Assembly (NCBI GenBank): GCA_965237525.1
Contig: CBDEFO010000008.1
Coordinates: 1,792,001-1,856,000 of the forward strand
Length of the DNA stretch: 64,000 nt
Reading direction: 5' to 3'
From: Candidatus Latescibacterota bacterium
Lineage (GTDB): Bacteria; Latescibacterota; CBDEFO01
Position 1 is the first letter of the stretch. The number at the start of each line of letters is the position of its first letter. The position numbers and the translations under genes were made by a program. Under the pieces are notes generated by a model, which saw nothing but the letters and a program-made list of their open reading frames with translations, made no database searches and was not told the DNA's origin. Below are positions 59,640 to 64,000 of this stretch, piece after piece.

Positions 59640-60110
59640 TTAACTACTTACCTTCCGGGAACTTGACAAAGATGAAAATTGCTTTAGGTACCTTTCCACG
59701 CTCTCCGTCATCATCATCTTCTCCGCCTCGTCTTTGTGATCCATTCCTGTAAGGTGCAAAATGCCGTGAGCCAAGAGTCGCACCACCTCCTCCTCTAAAG
59801 GTACTCCGGCCTTGAAAGCTTGTTCCTTTGCTCTTTCTATCGATATGTAGACCTCCCCTTGGACATCGTCGGAAAAATCCGAGGCGTCGAAGTCATCTTC
59901 GAGGTGGAAGGACAATACATCAGTCGGGGAATCTATCGAGCGATACCGACGATTTAAGTGGTGAATAAACTTATCGTTGGAGATCACGACACTGATTGTC
60001 CCCTTTTCTTTGCCTTTGTCCTTTATGATCCGCTCCGAAAGTAGCTTGAACTTATACTCATCCCACCATGTGGGTCTGTCTGTTTCTTCAAAAAAAAACT
60101 TCACACTCAT
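59640..60110 (-). CDS. ybeY: rRNA maturation endoribonuclease
   Basis: LNRRYR..DSPTDVLSF, HGILHLTGMDH. Confidence 0.95.
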   Translation of the reverse strand: MSVKFFFEETDRPTWWDEYKFKLLSERIIKDKGKEKGTISVVISNDKFIHHLNRRYRSIDSPTDVLSFHLEDDFDASDFSDDVQGEVYISIERAKEQAFKAGVPLEEEVVRLLAHGILHLTGMDHKDEAEKMMMTESVERYLKQFSSLSSSRKVSS

Positions 60111-60123
60111 CTCTTAGACCCTC

Positions 60124-62376
60124 TCAGGCACTAGCTTTCTTGGGATACTCGATCCGCTCATGCAGGGCTCCTGCAAGGATGTGCATAAAGCCTCCCTCTA
60201 TCGCCGTTAGATCTTTTAGCGTCAGATCGCACTCATCCAATTCGGATTCTGAGAATCTCTCCTTTATAGTATCTCTGACCACTCCCTTGACTCTGCCCGG
60301 CGCTTTGTCCTTTAATACCCTTGTAGTCGCCTCGATTGCATCTGCCAACATGATGATACCCGCCACTTTTGTCTGCGGTCTTGGTCCTTCGTACCTGAAA
60401 TCCTGGGCACTTACGTCATCTTTGCCTTCTCTTTGGATCGCCCGGTCGTAAAAATAAACCGCAAGGGTCATCCCGTGATGCTGTAGGATTATGTCTATTA
60501 TGGCTTTGGGGAGGCCATTCTCCTCGGCCATCTCCTGACCGTCCTTCACGTGAGAGACTATGATAAGAGCGCTCATCGAAGGAGACAGCTTATCGTGAGG
60601 ATTCCTCATTCCCACCTGATTTTCTATAAAGTACTCAGAGTTCTTCATTTTCCCTATATCGTGGTAGTAACAACCTACCCTGGCCAGTAGAGGATTTTCC
60701 CCAATTGCCTCCGACGCTGCCTCGGAGAGATTGGCCATAATTACGCTGTGAGTGTACGTCCCCGGAGCCCTCAACGCCAACTCTCTTAGAAGGGGTCGGT
60801 TCAGATCCGAAAGTTCCAAAAGCGTAATATCCGTCGTTATGTTGAATATGCTCTCAAAGATAGGCAGTAGACCCATAGCCAAGACAGGTGAAAAGAACCC
60901 CACCAGTGCCCCCGGCAGAATATCTTCTAAGATCCTCTCTGAGGGCCCAAACCTTAAAACATCCGTTGCGGCTATCGTCGCCCCATAGATCAGCACCAGA
61001 TAGATTATAGACCGATAGAAACTCTGCCTGTGTCTGACGTTCCTCACCGAATAGGCAGCTACTCCCCCAGAAAGCGCAAATACGAACGTTGCCTGAAGAT
61101 CGTAATTTAAAATGATCCCCGATAGAAGAGAGATCGCAAACGTAAAGACCAGTCCCACTTCCGCATCGAACAAAATAGTGGCCAGCATAGCAGAAAGAGC
61201 CACTGGCACTAAAAACTGCGCATTTATCTGAATTGGGCCATAAAACGGCAAACTCCATGTAATTTCTGGAGTCGACGCTGCCCACGAAGCTATAAGCACC
61301 GGAAACACAAGCACTATGGTCAAAAGGAGAAGATGCGAGACTTTATCGTATATAGACCTTCTGAACATGTAAAGATAGATCAAAAACAAAAATATAATGA
61401 GCGAGCATACTATCCCTTTTGCTCCGATTGTGAGCGTCCTTTTCCAGGGGTACTCCGCCTGCGTCAGTGATAGCTTCTTTTGCATGGAGTTCAAAACGTC
61501 CACGTGATCAGATGTAACTTTTTCGTTGGCATCTATTATCACCTGTTTTTTTATGTACTGATCCTTTACGGGAGCCACACCACCCGCAGCTTCGTTTCTC
61601 CTTCTTTCTGTTTCATCTTTGTTGAACTTAATATTTTCAGTAATCAATGAGCTTGTCAGTGCCACACACATATTTGCTGTTTCCTTATTTTCTATCCTGT
61701 TTTCCACGATCTCCTTTATGTCCTCTCGCACCTTTGTTATATCCTTAAGCTCATCGGCCGGAAGCATCTGCTCTTTACCGCCCTTGAAGAGAGAAATCCT
61801 CCTTTTTGACTCGGGGAAGACCTGACTTTCCACAACTTTCTTATCGCGCACAATGCCCACACTGTAGTTGTCCTTTAAGACCTCCCTGCACACCTTTTTA
61901 ATCGCATCCGTCTCTCTTGAGCTTAACAAAAAGCCTATCACATCCTTCGGAATTATCGGATGTTTGTTCCAGAGCTGATCTATCTTCTCTGCGAAAATAG
62001 TCTCTTCTTCTTTTATCCTTTGCACATCTTTAAACAGAGAATCCAAAGCCCCGATTTGCCTTTTTCCCATCTCCTCATCAAAATAGAAGACAGGGGCCAC
62101 AGCCCTTTGCTCCTTTCTTTTGTCCTCCTCGTATTCCTTATCGTTCTTAAACACGCGAAAATCGAAGGGAGCTACGATCTTTTCCGCAGCTATCCTCCCC
62201 TCCTCCAACTCGTGAGTCTTCCTCTGAGGAAAGGAGGCCGTCAAAACCACGATCTGAGCCCCTATCAAAAGCCATCTCAAGATCCTGCTTCTGGCTTTGT
62301 GTTCCCTGCTCTGATGCCTCAACACACCCGAAGGACTTTTCCGAAATATCCTTGAGAGTCTTCTTGTGAGGTCCAC
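60124..62376 (-). CDS. 7TM-HD (HDIG) phosphohydrolase, PgpH-like c-di-AMP phosphodiesterase
   Basis: Extracellular domain, 7 TM helices, LLELSDLNRPLL, APGTYTHS, YYHDIGK, QHHG, MLADAIEA. Confidence 0.88.
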   Translation of the reverse strand: MDLTRRLSRIFRKSPSGVLRHQSREHKARSRILRWLLIGAQIVVLTASFPQRKTHELEEGRIAAEKIVAPFDFRVFKNDKEYEEDKRKEQRAVAPVFYFDEEMGKRQIGALDSLFKDVQRIKEEETIFAEKIDQLWNKHPIIPKDVIGFLLSSRETDAIKKVCREVLKDNYSVGIVRDKKVVESQVFPESKRRISLFKGGKEQMLPADELKDITKVREDIKEIVENRIENKETANMCVALTSSLITENIKFNKDETERRRNEAAGGVAPVKDQYIKKQVIIDANEKVTSDHVDVLNSMQKKLSLTQAEYPWKRTLTIGAKGIVCSLIIFLFLIYLYMFRRSIYDKVSHLLLLTIVLVFPVLIASWAASTPEITWSLPFYGPIQINAQFLVPVALSAMLATILFDAEVGLVFTFAISLLSGIILNYDLQATFVFALSGGVAAYSVRNVRHRQSFYRSIIYLVLIYGATIAATDVLRFGPSERILEDILPGALVGFFSPVLAMGLLPIFESIFNITTDITLLELSDLNRPLLRELALRAPGTYTHSVIMANLSEAASEAIGENPLLARVGCYYHDIGKMKNSEYFIENQVGMRNPHDKLSPSMSALIIVSHVKDGQEMAEENGLPKAIIDIILQHHGMTLAVYFYDRAIQREGKDDVSAQDFRYEGPRPQTKVAGIIMLADAIEATTRVLKDKAPGRVKGVVRDTIKERFSESELDECDLTLKDLTAIEGGFMHILAGALHERIEYPKKASA

Positions 62377-62382
62377 GTCTTT

Positions 62383-63348
62383 TTATTCCCCGTTTTCTCG
62401 CTCGTAAAGATCGTATGCCTTTATTATTTCCCCAACCAGGCGATGCCGCACAACGTCCCTTTCTGTCAGGAACACGAACTTGATCCGCTCTATGCCCTTG
62501 AGGACATCTCTTGTCTGCACAAGTCCCGAAGTGCTCTCAAAAGGCAGATCCACCTGAGTTATATCTCCTGTTACCACAGCTTTGGAATTTACGCCCAATC
62601 TGGTCAGAAACATCTTCATCTGCAAAGGTGTGGTGTTTTGAGCCTCGTCCAGGATTACATAGGCTCCGCTTAGAGTCCTTCCCCTCATATAAGCAAGTGG
62701 GACTATCTCTATTATTCTCGTATCCTGAAGTCGTTTGAGCTTATCAGGTTCTATCATATCGTGAAGAGCGTCATAAAGGGGCCTTAAAAAAGGGTCTACC
62801 TTCTCCTGCATATCCCCGGGAAGAAAACCCAGCCTTTCTCCAGCTTCGACTGCGGGTCTAGCCAGTATAATCCGTGAGACATCTTTCCTTTTGAAAGCGG
62901 CAACGGCCATAGCGACTGCAAGATATGTCTTTCCCGTTCCCGCAGGTCCAATCCCGAACACTATGTCGTACTCCTCAATAGCTGACACGTAAAGATACTG
63001 TCCCAAAGTCTTAGGACGGACCTGGACCCTCTTAGCTGAGAGAATCACCTTCTGTGACAGAACGTCAGAGACGTCCTTTCCCTTATCCTTTATCTGGTCC
63101 AATACCTCCACCAATGGCCTTCCCCTGTCGTCACTTCCGGCTCTTACAAGTTCAGCCAGATCTCTCAAGAGCCGAACCGCACCCTTAACGTCTTCTTCGT
63201 CCCCCTGAATCGTAACGTCTTGGCCCCTTGCCACTATCTTGACGTTGTATTTACTCTCTATAGAAAAGAGATTCGAATCGTTGTGACCGTAAAAAAGGAG
63301 AGGGTCCACGCCTTCCACTGATATTTTCTTTGAAACGCTGTCGCTCAA
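62383..63348 (-). CDS. phoH: PhoH-family ATPase
   Basis: GPAGTGKTYLA, RPAVEAGE, LAYMRGRTL, DEAQN, GDITQVDL. Confidence 0.95.
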   Translation of the reverse strand: MSDSVSKKISVEGVDPLLFYGHNDSNLFSIESKYNVKIVARGQDVTIQGDEEDVKGAVRLLRDLAELVRAGSDDRGRPLVEVLDQIKDKGKDVSDVLSQKVILSAKRVQVRPKTLGQYLYVSAIEEYDIVFGIGPAGTGKTYLAVAMAVAAFKRKDVSRIILARPAVEAGERLGFLPGDMQEKVDPFLRPLYDALHDMIEPDKLKRLQDTRIIEIVPLAYMRGRTLSGAYVILDEAQNTTPLQMKMFLTRLGVNSKAVVTGDITQVDLPFESTSGLVQTRDVLKGIERIKFVFLTERDVVRHRLVGEIIKAYDLYERENGE

Positions 63349-63572
63349 TCTTTAGAACCTCCCTCCATCAAACAAGAAAAGCCCCCACTTTCGGGCAGTA
63401 GCCGGAGACGAGAGCTTTTTAGCAACCAAACTGTTCAGATCCGAAAAATTTTAATCTTGTCGAGGAAACGGATATCGTTCATCCAGGGACGAAAGCAAAG
63501 ATTTAAAGATAAACGTAAGATAAAATCACGCCGTCCTTTAAAATTAAAAAACAATCCATAGTTTCAGGCATA

Positions 63573-63601
63573 ATATTAACATATATATAAGGCAATGTCA
63601 A
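63573..63601 (-). promoter_or_regulatory. sigma70-type promoter for phoH cluster
   Basis: TTGACA-N17-TAATAT. Confidence 0.55.
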
Positions 63602-63677
63602 GAGAAAAATAGACTAAGCTGTGTGATAGGGCGTACTGGCGAGCTTTTCGGGGTAAAATCGTCCGCATCACCGATTT

Positions 63678-64000
63678 AGGTAATCTCATACCGCTCCCAT
63701 GTCACCGTCAGCGGATTCATCCCCGTCCATCTATCCTACGACCCATGCGTCTTGGGGCTCACCCGCTAAGAGGCGAACAATGTTCAGGCTGTGACAGCCG
63801 CCTCCCGATATTTGGTTGGTCATATGATAATTGCTAGTGGTCAGATTCTTTCGGAATTTCCCATCATCTATCATTTCCCTTGCCTTCCACATGTAAGGAA
63901 GATCCTCACGTAGTCTTCCTAAGTCCAAACCTTTGCTGGTCAAAATTGTGTTGACTTATGCACGATTTTAAGGTAATCTCATACCGCTCCCATGTCACCG
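63678..64000. repeat. 30-nt exact direct repeat flanking an oxidoreductase-like fragment
   Basis: AGGTAATCTCATACCGCTCCCATGTCACCG at 63678-63707 and 63971-64000 (second copy cut by window end); in between, GGGCHSLNIVRLLAGEP resembles Gfo/Idh/MocA. Confidence 0.65.

Noticed and set aside
831..62738. Numerous short antisense or overlapping ORFs in the six-frame track
   Set aside because: They are shadows of well-supported genes, with no motifs or RBS.
63377..63421. Riboswitch upstream of phoH
   Set aside because: Only a terminator-like hairpin; no recognisable aptamer consensus.
63678..64000. Start of a CRISPR array
   Set aside because: The two 30-nt copies are 293 nt apart, far beyond spacer length, and read as coding sequence.

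Overview
This is bacterial chromosomal DNA, probably from an uncultured lineage. Gene content (M28-FtsX fusion with OPT-like transporter, DGGGP-synthase-like UbiA) suggests Ca. Latescibacterota/FCB group; that is inference, and all family calls below come from motif recognition, not database searches. Positions ~585-30450 form one minus-strand aromatic amino-acid supraoperon (trpEGDC-F-B-A, chorismate mutase, frameshifted DAHP synthase, tyrA, aroA/E/C/K/B, plus menG, ribB, argS). It is preceded by an unannotated 27-codon Phe/Tyr/Trp-rich leader ORF with a terminator/antiterminator pair, i.e. a ribosome-coupled attenuator. Between aroK and aroB lies a ~7.6 kb accessory array of single genes separated by attC-like sites and by diverged copies of the aroK 3' end, with no integrase in view. 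One of these genes, aadK-like, is split by an IS1182-family element; a near-identical second IS copy sits at 56.4-58.0 kb. The middle of the window has IPCT/DIPPS, a LysR regulator facing three paralogous unannotated 31-aa hydrophobic peptides, a UbiA-DUF92 pair, HU, a methyltransferase/PD-(D/E)xK nuclease pair inside a decayed IS1595-like element, nfo, and a giant M28 peptidase-FtsX fusion plus OPT-like transporter. The right end holds metabolic genes, pseudogenes and a phoH-HD(7TM)-ybeY-tlyC cluster. Several REP-like palindrome families, short tandem duplications and internally deleted gene stubs recur throughout. No rRNA, tRNA or CRISPR array was seen.
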